Origin: an uncultured Pseudomonadota bacterium
Lineage (GTDB): Bacteria > Vulcanimicrobiota > Vulcanimicrobiia > Eremiobacterales > Eremiobacteraceae
Direction of reading: 5' to 3'
NCBI GenBank assembly: GCA_963736005.1
Contig: CAVTNB010000001.1
Span: 416,001 to 480,000 of the forward strand
Length of the DNA stretch: 64,000 nt
The notes beneath the pieces are model-generated. The model ran no database searches. It was not told where the DNA came from and was given only the letters and a program-made list of their open reading frames with translations. Both the position numbers and the translations under genes were made by a program. Below are positions 1 to 10,155 of the stretch, piece after piece (the first letter of the stretch is position 1; every line of letters starts with the position of its first letter).

Positions 1-728
1 GTCAACAAAATGCCGGCGATGGCGGCAAGAAATCCTGATATCCCATACACGGTCAGGATCGTCGCACCTACATTGATCCCGGCACGCCGCGCGCTCTCCA
101 GGTTGCTCCCAACCGCGTACATATAGCGCCCGCGCCGCGTTTGGTGGAGCACGAACGCCGACACAAGGCAGATGCCCAGAAATACCCAAAAAATATTGGG
201 TACTCCGAAGGTCGAGTTGACCGCAAAGTTGGTGAACGCCGGAGCATTGTACGCCACTTGTTGTCCGTTGCCGGAGATCTGGGTCAGGCCCCGCAGGATC
301 CCGAGCATGCCCAAGGTGACGATAAATGGTGGCAGCGCCGCAGCGTTGATCAACCCACCGTTGACCAGGCCGACGATCGTTCCCACAGCGAGGACGATCG
401 CGATGGCGCCCGCGATAGGCAAGCCGTGCGCTAAACTGAGCGCAATGAGGATGCCTCCGAATCCAAGCAGCGACCCAACGGAAAGGTCGATTCCGGCGGT
501 GATGATGACGAACGTCTCTGCCACCGCCAGAATGCCGACCACCGCCATCTGGCGTGCGTTGTTGTCCAAATTTTGCAGCGTCAAGAATCCGGAAGCGGTG
601 AACGAAAACACAATGACGAGCAGCGCGATGATGCCCAACAGACCCAGGCGCATGACGAGATCCCAACGCGTACTCGCAGCCTGTCCGCGTGCGGGCATGG
701 CTGGCGGCGCGTGCTGCGGCCCGGTCAT
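1..728 (-). CDS. Sugar ABC transporter permease (RbsC family), 3' end runs off the window
   Basis: Manual translation: ATG 728 after GGAG; MTGPQH...GLLGIIALLVIVFS...ETFVIITAGIDLSVGS (RbsC-type GIDLSVGS motif); absent from ORF track because truncated. Confidence 0.9.
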   Translation of the reverse strand, partial: MTGPQHAPPAMPARGQAASTRWDLVMRLGLLGIIALLVIVFSFTASGFLTLQNLDNNARQMAVVGILAVAETFVIITAGIDLSVGSLLGFGGILIALSLAHGLPIAGAIAIVLAVGTIVGLVNGGLINAAALPPFIVTLGMLGILRGLTQISGNGQQVAYNAPAFTNFAVNSTFGVPNIFWVFLGICLVSAFVLHQTRRGRYMYAVGSNLESARRAGINVGATILTVYGISGFLAAIAGILL

Positions 729-775
729 TCTTGCGCTCTCCAAAGTCTGCGACACGGCCTAACGATACGTTACCT

Positions 776-3550
776 TTACTTGATCTTCACGGAATAGTTG
801 AAATCGATCGTTCGAAGGGGCAAGCCGAAACGCTCCGTCGCCTGCGCCCCGAAGAACGGCTGGTAATCGGTGGGCTGCGCGAAACTGTTGAGGGGCTGCG
901 GATAACCTTCGCCGATGAGACCACGATAGTCCGCATAATTCTGCCACAGATTGTCAACGTTGGTGGTGAAGGTGCCCTGGCCCACGGGCACGCTGATACT
1001 TAGATCCGAATACGTGTAGGCCGGCAAATCACTGGGATTGTTCTCGGATACATGATAGGTTGTGAGTTGGGCCTCAATGTCGCGCCAAAACGTATAGTCG
1101 AGGGTGTAGGACCATTTGTGCAGCGGAACCGCAGGAATCTGCGAGTTGGGGATGAGGATGAGGCTGCCTCCGAAATTGGGGTTGATGAGTGCTGGGTCGC
1201 TGGATTTGAGTTCGGTGGATTCAGTCGCGTACGTGTAGTCGATAAAGAACGGACGGGTTATTCTGACCCTGCCGGTAAGGTCGATGCCGCGCGCAAGTGT
1301 ATGGCCGATGTTGACCGCACCGTTGACCCCGATGAGCGTCAACGCTTGCGCCGCTGAGATACCGCACACGTTTTTGACCGCGTTGACGTAAGGTGTCGGG
1401 TCAAAGGGAACGGTCAGCACCGAAAGCGGCAGGTTGAGATTTTCATAAATTTGTTCGAAGATGTTTTGATTATAGATCGTCAACTGGGCCGTAGTATCGC
1501 CGGCGAAACGGTGCCCGATGCTAAACTCTTGGTCAACACCTTGTTCGGGTTTTAACAATGATGACGGGACGCTGCCCACCGCGTTCGAGAGGTTACCAGA
1601 ACACGAGACATGCCCAAGGAACGTTCCGACCGCCGACGGGATAAACGACGATTCGACATCGGCGGGGAACGGCTCGGTCGACGTCTCTCCGCCGGCCAGA
1701 CGGAACACGTTGTTTCCTTGTGCGTACACAAAGGCTAGACGAGGGTCGACGAACGACGAGTGCGTGATGGTGGCATTCTTGAACCAGATATTGCCGTAGG
1801 TCGTGAGATGAGAGTTGATCGGGTGCCAGGCGTCGCGCAGGAAATAAGAGGTCTCGTGAACGACAGGAGCCGGTTGTTGGGCCCCATTTTGTTGAAAATA
1901 GTAGGCCGAGTTCTCCCAGAAGTAGCCGAACCCGAACTCGTTGTTTTTTCCAAGAAGATCATCGGACAGCGTTACGCCCGTGTTGCTTGCCTGCTCGAAC
2001 GTCCAAGCAGCATTGTCCGTGGGGACGGCTGTGAACGGAAGCTGAGCCGTGCGGTCGGTAGAGTCTCTGTACGTGTTCGTGAAACTGTTGATCGTGAACG
2101 TGCTCGCGCCGACAGTCTGCTCGTAGCGTAGACCATAGTCATTGGCACGAAGCGCTTGCCACGAGGTGCCCGCGCCCTGCCAGCCGTCGTTGAGATTTGC
2201 ATATTGTTGCGGCGTGACGCACACGGGTGGAGTGCCCGGCGGTGGCGTTGGCACATCGGGCTGGCCGTTGGGGCCGGTACCCGGCGTGCTTCCATTGGCA
2301 TTCGTGCCAGGCTGAAACTTCTTTTTGTTGATAGTATTGCAGGGGTCTGTGCCGGATGCCGCGGCGGCCGCCAGTTGATTCTGTCCGCTCGCAAGGGCAA
2401 CTTCGTACGGCAAGTAATCGTTGTCGCCGTTCCCGGTCTTGTCATCCCACCACGCGCTGCTGAGCCACGTGAACGTCAGATGCGACGCGTCGCTGAAGTT
2501 CATTTGCCCCTTCAAGAGCGTACTCTTCAACGTCAGCGAACTGTCATCCGGATAGTATCCGAGCGCCCGAACCGCGGGATCAGTCGCATACGGATCGAAC
2601 GCGGCCGACGCTTGGTACATGTAATCGTGCTTGAAGAAGCCTTCCTGGCCTTGCGTTCCAAGAGCCAAAGCGTAGCCGAACTTGCCCCCTTGCGTCGAGC
2701 CCGTGGCCGTGATGGCACTGCTCAGGTTGTCCCACGTGCCATAGCCTTGCGTGAATGTCGCGGTCGGATGCAGCGTGGGGTTGAGCGTCTGCATGTCGAC
2801 GACGCCACCGATGGCGTCGACGCCGTAAAGGTCCGAACCCGAGCCGTACAGCACCTTGACATCCTCGAGCCCGAACACCGGCGATAGTTGAAACTGGTAG
2901 GCGCCGCTGAAACCTGGTCCTATGGGGTTGCCATCGATCAGGGTCGTCGTCTCCAATTCCCCAATGCCTCTGATGTCAATGGTTTGCGAGTCCCCTGCCG
3001 TCGCGCCGTCGGATCCCCCGTTCACGATCCCCGGCAGTTTTCGTAGCGCGTCTCCGGCTTTGTAGATGCCTTGGCTCGATAGAGATTGAGCCGAAAGCGA
3101 TGTTGAGATGACAGCCGCGGTCTGCAGCGAAGCGGAACCGTGTATCGTCGTCCGCCCTAGCAGTTTGACTCCCGACGTCACGCCCTGCGAACGAGCGAGC
3201 ACGAGCGTCACGTTTTGGATCTGTCCGCTCGCAAGCGGAAATCGATCCGAAGCCGTGGTCACGTATCCGGTCAAACTGATGATGAGCTCGTACGATCCCG
3301 GCAACAAGTTCTCAAGAGTGAAATTCCCATGCGTGTCGGTAAGCGTCTTCGCCATCGTCGGCCCATCGGCCACGACCCTCACCCCGAGAAGTGGCAAGCC
3401 GCTGCCACCTTCGATAACTTGGCCGCTGATCGAAGCCGTGTCGGTCGTTGCCGCGCCGGCGGCCGCGGAAAATGTCAGAATGCAAAGCACCAAGCTGGAG
3501 ATGAAGAAGACGTTTATCAGAAAAGTGGAATGGCATCGTCGCATCTTCAC
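776..3550 (-). CDS. TonB-dependent receptor with N-terminal carboxypeptidase-regulatory-like domain
   Basis: Signal peptide, ISGQV...TDTHGNFTLENLLPGSY domain, plug motifs (DALRKLPGI, IDIRG, LIDGNPI, YGVDAIGGVVDMQT), LLKPE, beta-barrel-like C-terminus. Confidence 0.9.
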   Translation of the reverse strand: MKMRRCHSTFLINVFFISSLVLCILTFSAAAGAATTDTASISGQVIEGGSGLPLLGVRVVADGPTMAKTLTDTHGNFTLENLLPGSYELIISLTGYVTTASDRFPLASGQIQNVTLVLARSQGVTSGVKLLGRTTIHGSASLQTAAVISTSLSAQSLSSQGIYKAGDALRKLPGIVNGGSDGATAGDSQTIDIRGIGELETTTLIDGNPIGPGFSGAYQFQLSPVFGLEDVKVLYGSGSDLYGVDAIGGVVDMQTLNPTLHPTATFTQGYGTWDNLSSAITATGSTQGGKFGYALALGTQGQEGFFKHDYMYQASAAFDPYATDPAVRALGYYPDDSSLTLKSTLLKGQMNFSDASHLTFTWLSSAWWDDKTGNGDNDYLPYEVALASGQNQLAAAAASGTDPCNTINKKKFQPGTNANGSTPGTGPNGQPDVPTPPPGTPPVCVTPQQYANLNDGWQGAGTSWQALRANDYGLRYEQTVGASTFTINSFTNTYRDSTDRTAQLPFTAVPTDNAAWTFEQASNTGVTLSDDLLGKNNEFGFGYFWENSAYYFQQNGAQQPAPVVHETSYFLRDAWHPINSHLTTYGNIWFKNATITHSSFVDPRLAFVYAQGNNVFRLAGGETSTEPFPADVESSFIPSAVGTFLGHVSCSGNLSNAVGSVPSSLLKPEQGVDQEFSIGHRFAGDTTAQLTIYNQNIFEQIYENLNLPLSVLTVPFDPTPYVNAVKNVCGISAAQALTLIGVNGAVNIGHTLARGIDLTGRVRITRPFFIDYTYATESTELKSSDPALINPNFGGSLILIPNSQIPAVPLHKWSYTLDYTFWRDIEAQLTTYHVSENNPSDLPAYTYSDLSISVPVGQGTFTTNVDNLWQNYADYRGLIGEGYPQPLNSFAQPTDYQPFFGAQATERFGLPLRTIDFNYSVKIK

Positions 3551-3590
3551 ACTTGCCTCCTCGCCCAGCGAGAAATCCCGTGCGACTGAC

Positions 3591-4658
3591 TCATTGCGTT
3601 GCGTGGAGCCCCACGCGATGCTTGTTGATGGGGTCTAAGAGCCCCTGAATATCCGGCGAATTCACGTTAGCCGGCGTGGCTGCCGTGACGCCGGTGTTGA
3701 TAAATCTTGGCGTGCTTATGCCGGCTGCGGCGAGGACACCATAGGCCACGCCGCCATAGCCCATTTGAAATGGATCCTGCAAGATGATGCCATCGACGAC
3801 ACCTGCTCGCAGCTCGCCGACAAGTTGCGGTGATGGGTCGAAGCCAACCAGTGAGACCTTGGTCGACTCTACGTGGTTCTCACGAAACGCCGTGACTGCG
3901 CCTTGAAGGGTCACGAGAGAATCGGCAAAGTAGCCGGCCAACTTGGGAAAGCGTGTCAAGGTGTCGGCGACGATGCCGATCGGCTTGACTGATTGATCGC
4001 CTGCTGCGTCTTTGTGCGCGACGAGTTGAAGTCCGGGATATTTCTTGAGGCCTTCCAAGAAACCCGAATCGCGGAGCGTCAGCGATCCAACGCCGCTCAA
4101 GAAGGTCGAATACGCGACCTGGCCCGCGGCGGTGCCAGTTTTCCGCTTGATCGCGGCGGCGAGAGTGTCTGCTGCCAAGAGTCCACCGGCGTGATTGTCA
4201 GTAGCCAGAAAGGTTGTGTAGGCATTCGTATTGGCCGCCGAGTCAATGAGGATCACCTTGATGCCGGCCGCCGTAACCTTTTCGATTGTGGCATCCAACG
4301 CGGTGACACTTGTCGGGGCGAGGACGAGAAAGTCCGGCTTCTTTGCCAAGGCGTCTTCGACGAGGGCAATCTGCCCTTGAATATTGGCCTCCGAATTTGC
4401 GCCTGTAAACTGCAATCCGCGCAGGCCAAGCTGTCCGTTTGCGAGGTGTCCCCCCGCGAGGACAGTCTGCCAATAATCCGAGTTTGGCGTCTTTACAATG
4501 AAGAGAAAGCGCAATGCGCCGAGGGAAGACGTCTTCGTTGGGGTCGAACATCCGGGCAAACTCAAACTGCCCGCGGCACTTACCGCAAGGCCAGCAAGGG
4601 CTCCGGTTGCTAAGAGCTTTCGGCGACTTATCCTAGATCGGTTTTGGAAACCCGCCAC
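3591..4658 (-). CDS. Sugar ABC transporter substrate-binding protein, Tat signal and probable lipobox
   Basis: SRRKLL twin-arginine, LPGC lipobox, RbsB-like motifs (VILIDS, ATDN, VGFD, LQDPFQMGY). Confidence 0.9.
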   Translation of the reverse strand: MAGFQNRSRISRRKLLATGALAGLAVSAAGSLSLPGCSTPTKTSSLGALRFLFIVKTPNSDYWQTVLAGGHLANGQLGLRGLQFTGANSEANIQGQIALVEDALAKKPDFLVLAPTSVTALDATIEKVTAAGIKVILIDSAANTNAYTTFLATDNHAGGLLAADTLAAAIKRKTGTAAGQVAYSTFLSGVGSLTLRDSGFLEGLKKYPGLQLVAHKDAAGDQSVKPIGIVADTLTRFPKLAGYFADSLVTLQGAVTAFRENHVESTKVSLVGFDPSPQLVGELRAGVVDGIILQDPFQMGYGGVAYGVLAAAGISTPRFINTGVTAATPANVNSPDIQGLLDPINKHRVGLHATQ

Positions 4659-4719
4659 GCGATGTCACCGCCGGTTTCGTTTCACAAAGAGAGGATGCAC
4701 GAACCCTGAGAGAGCATCA

Positions 4720-4806
4720 TTGCAAGGTTGCCAATACTATTGCAGAATGCGCACTACCTGCATCTGCAATCTCAGCAACTTAGGTGATATCTTGCGCATA
4801 GCGCAA
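4720..4806. promoter_or_regulatory. Four TTGC-N7-GCAA-like boxes in the divergent promoter region, candidate IclR operators
   Basis: 4720-4734 TTGCAAGGTTGCCAA; 4740-4754 TTGCAGAATGCGCAC; 4764-4778 CTGCAATCTCAGCAA; 4792-4806 TTGCGCATAGCGCAA. Confidence 0.55.
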
Positions 4807-4815
4807 AACAACTAA

Positions 4816-5628
4816 ATGGCTGTTCGAACGAGAAGCAATGGGAGACTCATAAACTCCCTTTCGCGCGGCGTCGACATCTTGCGCATGCTCGCGCAAGCGC
4901 AAGCCCCACTGGGCGTCACTGACCTGGGCGAACGCCTGCACGTGGATCCAAGCACCGCATACCGACTCCTCGCAACGTTGGAGGCCCAGGGACTCGTCAA
5001 GCAAGAGCTCGATTCGAGGAAATACTCAGTCGGGTACGGAGTACTCGAATTTGCAAACGCTTTGCTGCGCCGGATGAGTGTCGTCGCGCTTGCCGATCCA
5101 TTTCTTGTTTCGATCACGGCTGATACCGGAGAGAGCACTCACGTAGCGGTGCTCGAGGGCGCGAGAGCGGTTTTTGTGGCGCGTCAGTCAGGCGCCGGAA
5201 TTTTGAGAGTCGAAACGACGGTTGGCAGTTCGGAGCCGGCTTACTGCACAGCGGTCGGCAAAGCGCTGCTCATCGATCACCCCGACGCCGACCTCCAGAC
5301 GCTTTTTCCAAAGGAATCCCTAACGCGTCATACCCCGCAGACAATCACGACCATTGAAGATCTCACTGCGGAACTCGAGCGGATTCGGCGCAACGGCTAC
5401 GCGTACGACGACGAAGAATTGCATCCGGGGGTGCGTTGTCTCGCTTTTCCCATTCGAGATCATCGCGGGCGCGTTACCGCGTCCTTTGGCCTCTCCGCCC
5501 CCGCAGCGCGTCTCACGCGCGAGCACCTACCAACGCTCGTGAAGGTGGTCAGCGCTGCCGCGGACAGCATTTCATTTCAACTCGGCTACCGCACAGAACA
5601 GGTTCCAAAGACGTCTAGAGGCAGGTAA
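4816..5628 (+). CDS. IclR-family transcriptional regulator
   Basis: SLSRGVDIL...STAYRLLATL HTH; CTAVGKALL; GYAYDDEELHPGVRCLA signature. Confidence 0.95.
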   Translation: MAVRTRSNGRLINSLSRGVDILRMLAQAQAPLGVTDLGERLHVDPSTAYRLLATLEAQGLVKQELDSRKYSVGYGVLEFANALLRRMSVVALADPFLVSITADTGESTHVAVLEGARAVFVARQSGAGILRVETTVGSSEPAYCTAVGKALLIDHPDADLQTLFPKESLTRHTPQTITTIEDLTAELERIRRNGYAYDDEELHPGVRCLAFPIRDHRGRVTASFGLSAPAARLTREHLPTLVKVVSAAADSISFQLGYRTEQVPKTSRGR

Positions 5629-5631
5629 GTC

Positions 5632-7440
5632 ATGCGCATGACCGGTGGACAAATTGTCGCAGAGTACCTGATCCGCGAGGGAATGCCGTATCTTTTCGGC
5701 GTCCCTGGGCACGGCAACACCGCACTGCTTGACGCCTTCGTGGACCATCGCGACAAAATCACGGTGATGCAGGCAATCCACGAACAAGGCGCCGCTCACA
5801 TGGCTGACGCCTACTATCGAGTCGCCCGCCGGGCATGCGGCGTGTTTACCTCGATTGGACCTGGCGCTGCGAACACAGCCATGGGCGTGGCGAACGCGTA
5901 CATTGACTCCATCCCTCTTCTTCTCTTGACGGGTTCGGTGCATACCTACATGCGCGGCCGCGGTGTCTTGCAGGAACTCGAGCGCACGCACTGGGCTAAC
6001 TTTGCTCGTATGATGGAGCCCGTCGTCAAACGTTGGTGGCAACCGAGCCGCGTTGACCAATTACCCAACGTGCTCCATTTGGCGTTCAACGTGATGCTCG
6101 AAGGTCGGCGAGGCCCCGCGTACATCGACCTGCCGATGGACGTCCAAGCCGAGGCTGCCGAAATCGAATCGCTTCCAGAGCCGCGCGCGCGCCGGCCGAG
6201 TGGGCGCGTTCACGGCGACCCTGAACTCATCGATCGCGCCGCAAAGCTCTTGCTCGAAGCCAAACGTCCGCTGCTGATCGTTGGCGGCGGCGCTATTGCC
6301 TCTCAAGCAGAATCTGAGGTAGCCGCCGTTGCGGAATTCCTCGGTGCGCCTGTGACCGTCACGTGGATGGGCAAAGGCGTCATCCCAGAGGATCATCCGT
6401 TGTATGCATGGCCATGCGGCGATCTCGGCTCGATTTCGGGGAACACCTTGGCGCGCGAAGCCGACGTTATCTTGAGCGTTGGGTGCCGCTTCACCGATCG
6501 CAGCGCTTCCTCGTTCCGCCGAGACGTCACGTTTAACATTCCCCCCACAAAACTCGTCCACATCGACCTCGATCCCTACGAGATTGGCAAGAATTATCCG
6601 GTTGAGATCGGCATCGTCGGCGACGCCAAGGCAACGCTTGCCGGACTTTTAAGTTCGCTGCATGACTACGCCAAGCCAAATGATTATCGAAATTCAAAAT
6701 ACTTTGCGCACCTGACCGAACTGAAGCGCGCGTGGGATGAGGCGTTGCGGCCCATGCGGGAGAGCAATAACTCGCCAATGACGATTTCGCGAGCGCTCGC
6801 CGAGACTCGTCGCGTCCTTGACCGCGACGCCATCGTTGTCACCGGTGCGGGCAATCCTCAAAGCCAGGTATTCACAGAGTTTCCGGTCTACGGTTCCGCG
6901 CAGCATATCACCGCCGGCGGCTTCTCGGCAATGGGATTTGAAGTGCCAGGGGCCATCGGTGCGAAACTGGCCGCACCAAATCGTCAGGTCGTGGCGATCG
7001 TCGGCGACGGCAGCTTCTTGCAGACGATTCAAGAGCTCTCGATGGCCGCTCAATACGATATTCCGGCCGTCTTCCTCGTCATGAATAACTTCGGGTGGGA
7101 GTGCATCAAGAATCTGCAAATGACGCAGTTCGGACCAGATCGCGTCCTCGCAACAAATTTCAAAAAACGCGATGGCACGCCGTTCTCCGCAAACCTCGCC
7201 AAAGTTGCCGAGGGCTTTGGCTGCTTCGGCGAACGCGTGGAGCAACCGGAGCAGCTTGCCCCAGCGTTGAAACGCGCGCTCGCGTCAGGTCGCCCCGCGG
7301 TGGTCGAGGCGTTGTGTAGCCGGGAACTCCCGTATAGCGGGCTGACGACCACCGGTTGGTGGGACGTCACCGTGCCTGCATATCACAAGGACAAACGCGC
7401 CGCCTACGAAGCTGCCCGATCGGAAGAGGCACTCACCTAA
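5632..7440 (+). CDS. ThDP-dependent enzyme, IolD-like (trihydroxycyclohexanedione acylhydrolase / acetolactate synthase family)
   Basis: GVPGHGN, HEQGAAHMAD, SIGPG, GDGSF..NN ThDP motif, C-terminal WWDV as in IolD; iol gene context. Confidence 0.75.
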   Translation: MRMTGGQIVAEYLIREGMPYLFGVPGHGNTALLDAFVDHRDKITVMQAIHEQGAAHMADAYYRVARRACGVFTSIGPGAANTAMGVANAYIDSIPLLLLTGSVHTYMRGRGVLQELERTHWANFARMMEPVVKRWWQPSRVDQLPNVLHLAFNVMLEGRRGPAYIDLPMDVQAEAAEIESLPEPRARRPSGRVHGDPELIDRAAKLLLEAKRPLLIVGGGAIASQAESEVAAVAEFLGAPVTVTWMGKGVIPEDHPLYAWPCGDLGSISGNTLAREADVILSVGCRFTDRSASSFRRDVTFNIPPTKLVHIDLDPYEIGKNYPVEIGIVGDAKATLAGLLSSLHDYAKPNDYRNSKYFAHLTELKRAWDEALRPMRESNNSPMTISRALAETRRVLDRDAIVVTGAGNPQSQVFTEFPVYGSAQHITAGGFSAMGFEVPGAIGAKLAAPNRQVVAIVGDGSFLQTIQELSMAAQYDIPAVFLVMNNFGWECIKNLQMTQFGPDRVLATNFKKRDGTPFSANLAKVAEGFGCFGERVEQPEQLAPALKRALASGRPAVVEALCSRELPYSGLTTTGWWDVTVPAYHKDKRAAYEAARSEEALT

Positions 7441-8457
7441 ATGCCAGCGCAGCCTATCGGTCTGGCGGTGTTCGGCGCCGGGCGGATTGGCACGGTCCAC
7501 GCCCACAACGCGGCCAACCTGCCGGACGTCAAGCTCGTCGGCGTGGCTGATATCGATCGCACCGCGGCCCAGCGGTTGATCGATACAACCAACGCAGGGC
7601 GGGTCGATAGCACCGCCGCCTTTTTGACCGATCCGAGCGTTTCGGGCGTCGTCATCGCCACCCCAACCGCCTCGCATGCCGCGCTCATCGAGCAGGCCGC
7701 CGTTTCGGGCAAACACGTTTTGTGCGAGAAACCAATCTCACTTGACCTCGCCACCACCCAAGGCGCGATCGCCCGGGCCCAGCAGGCGTCAATTATCCTC
7801 CAGGTGGGGTTTCAGAGACGCTTCGATGCGCAATTTCAGCTTGCTCGGCGCAGTGTCGAGTCTGGGGAACTCGGCACCCCACGCTTTCTGCGCTTGGTAG
7901 GCCGCGATCATCGGATGCCTTCTCTCGACTATCTCCGCACGAGCGGCGGACAGTTCAAAGATCAAATGATTCACGAGTTCGATCTCGCTCGATGGCTCAT
8001 GGCTCCTGCATCCGTCATCCAGGTTTTCGCGGAGGGCTCAGCGGTTATCGAACCCGCGCTTGCCCAGTTCGGCGACGCCGATACCACCGTGGTCGTCTTG
8101 CGCTTTGACAGCGGTGCGTTAGGGATCATTGACGGCTCGCGAGAGGCGGTGTACGGGTACGATGTGCGTGGCGAAATTGTCGGATCGAAGGGCATGGTGC
8201 TCTTTGGGGACGAGCGTCTCACGAGCGGCAAGGTGCTCGATACGAGTGCAGCGACGGCAGAGGTGGAATCATTTGTCGAACGCTTCGAGGTTGCGTACCG
8301 AGCAGAACTCGCCGATTTCGTCGACGCTATTGCCGGCGCACGCGCCCCTCGGGTTGGCGGCAACGACGCATTGGAAGCGCTGCGACTCGCCGAAGCGGCG
8401 ACGCGCTCGTTTCAGGAGCATCGCCCTATCACGCTGTCAGAGACAACTGATGGCTAG
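7441..8457 (+). CDS. iolG: Inositol 2-dehydrogenase (Gfo/Idh/MocA)
   Basis: GAGRIG, CEKP, VGFQRRFD, SGG.F.D.MIH, YGYDVRGE. Confidence 0.85.
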   Translation: MPAQPIGLAVFGAGRIGTVHAHNAANLPDVKLVGVADIDRTAAQRLIDTTNAGRVDSTAAFLTDPSVSGVVIATPTASHAALIEQAAVSGKHVLCEKPISLDLATTQGAIARAQQASIILQVGFQRRFDAQFQLARRSVESGELGTPRFLRLVGRDHRMPSLDYLRTSGGQFKDQMIHEFDLARWLMAPASVIQVFAEGSAVIEPALAQFGDADTTVVVLRFDSGALGIIDGSREAVYGYDVRGEIVGSKGMVLFGDERLTSGKVLDTSAATAEVESFVERFEVAYRAELADFVDAIAGARAPRVGGNDALEALRLAEAATRSFQEHRPITLSETTDG

Positions 8458-8467
8458 TGGAGGGCGA

Positions 8468-9274
8468 ATGTCGCCGCTGTTGGTTCGCGGCGCCGATATA
8501 CCCGAGGGCGAGCTCGTTTCGATCGCTCCAAGCGGCCAAGCGTGGCGCTACATCCGGTTTCGCGCGACCAGACTGCGCACCGACGGCATTATCCGCGGCG
8601 AAACCGCGGGCAACGAAATGGCCCTCGTGGTTATTTCGGGCAGCGTGCATGTGGCTTCTCCCGAGGGATCGTGGAAAAATGTCGGTCAACGCGCCGATCC
8701 TTTCTCAGGCCCACCATCGGCCGTGTACCTGCCGTCGTCGACAAGCTATGAAATCGTCGCAGCCAGTCACGCGGAGATCGCCATCTGCGAGGCGCCGGGC
8801 CCGAAGCCTTATCCCGCTCGGAGGATCGAGCTGGCCAGCGATGCGGGCTACCTTCGTGGAGAAGGGCACGCGCAGCGGCGCATTTACAACATTCTCATGG
8901 ATGAGGATGGTGCCAATAGCCTCTTCTTGACCGAAGTGATAACGTTTCCAGGCAACTGGTCGAGCTATCCGCCGCACAAGCACGATACCGACAATCCTCC
9001 GGTCGAGTCTCAACTCGAAGAACTCTACTACTATCGCGCGCAACCACAGCAAGGCTTTGCTTTTCAACGCATTTACACTGAATCCGGCGATCTTGACGAA
9101 ACGATCACGGCACACAACACCGACGTTGTCCTCGTGCCTCGCGGTTACCATGTGTGTGCCGCCGCCGCCCAGTATTCGATCTATTATCTCAACGTGCTCG
9201 CCGGTCCAAGACACGTCTACCACATGACCTTCGATCCGGCGCATGCCTGGATTAAAGAAGGCTGGACGTGGTAG
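8468..9274 (+). CDS. iolB: 5-deoxy-glucuronate isomerase
   Basis: GNWSSYPPHKHD, LEELYYY, VPRGYH, YYLNVLAGP; ATG 8468 after GGAGG. Confidence 0.93.
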   Translation: MSPLLVRGADIPEGELVSIAPSGQAWRYIRFRATRLRTDGIIRGETAGNEMALVVISGSVHVASPEGSWKNVGQRADPFSGPPSAVYLPSSTSYEIVAASHAEIAICEAPGPKPYPARRIELASDAGYLRGEGHAQRRIYNILMDEDGANSLFLTEVITFPGNWSSYPPHKHDTDNPPVESQLEELYYYRAQPQQGFAFQRIYTESGDLDETITAHNTDVVLVPRGYHVCAAAAQYSIYYLNVLAGPRHVYHMTFDPAHAWIKEGWTW

Positions 9275-10155
9275 ACGAGATTGAAGTGGGCACGGCGGCG
9301 GTCAACTGGGGTTTCGATCCGCTCTACACATGGGTGACGACCCCAAGGTTTGACGACCTGCTCGATCAGATGGCAGCAGCAGGTTACGCGGGCACGGAAA
9401 TCGGCGACAATTTCCCACGCGACCTCGATACAGTGCGCGGTCAGCTAGATGCACACCGCCTGCGGGCCGCCGCTTCATTTCAAGCGGTGGACTTGCGGGA
9501 TCGCCAGACGCACGAACTGGTTGTGCGCGATGTCCTCAAGGTCGCCGACCGTTTGGCGGCACTCGGCTCAAACGTTCTCATTCTTTCGGATAAGCCGTCG
9601 GCCGCGCGTCTTGAAATTGCCGGCCGAGTCGCCGCAGATGGGAGCGACGGCTTGAGCGGAACGCAATGGCGCGTGCTGTGCGATGGACTCAATCGCGCCG
9701 GCGAGCGCCTCGCGAACCAGGCGATCCGCGCGGTCTTTCATCCTCATGTCGGCACGTTCGTGGAGACACGCTCGGAAATCGACCAGCTCTGCGAGCTCAC
9801 CGATCCGGCGTTCCTCGGCCTGTGTCCGGATACCGGGCACTTAGCGTATGCTGGCGTCGATCCCGAAGCCATCTTTCACGACTACGCTGCTCGCATTGGA
9901 TACGTTCATCTCAAGGACGTGGATCGCGTCAAGCTCGAGGCCGTACGGTCCCAAGGCATCGACTTCGTGGCGGCGGTGCGCATGGGACTTTTTGTGGAAC
10001 TCGGCACGGGGATCGTGCCGATCGAACGCATCGTGCGCCACCTGCGCGAAGCGCGCTACGCAGGCTGGATCATCGTGGAACAAGATGCGCCAAGCGACCC
10101 CAACACCGCGGCGCGACGCAATCGAGAATACCTGCGCCGAGAGTTTGGCTTATGA
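9268..10155 (+). CDS. iolE: Myo-inosose-2 dehydratase-like TIM-barrel protein
   Basis: AGYAGTE, FHPHVGT, DTGH, HLKD, GWIIVEQD; iol context. Confidence 0.75.
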   Translation: MVDEIEVGTAAVNWGFDPLYTWVTTPRFDDLLDQMAAAGYAGTEIGDNFPRDLDTVRGQLDAHRLRAAASFQAVDLRDRQTHELVVRDVLKVADRLAALGSNVLILSDKPSAARLEIAGRVAADGSDGLSGTQWRVLCDGLNRAGERLANQAIRAVFHPHVGTFVETRSEIDQLCELTDPAFLGLCPDTGHLAYAGVDPEAIFHDYAARIGYVHLKDVDRVKLEAVRSQGIDFVAAVRMGLFVELGTGIVPIERIVRHLREARYAGWIIVEQDAPSDPNTAARRNREYLRREFGL

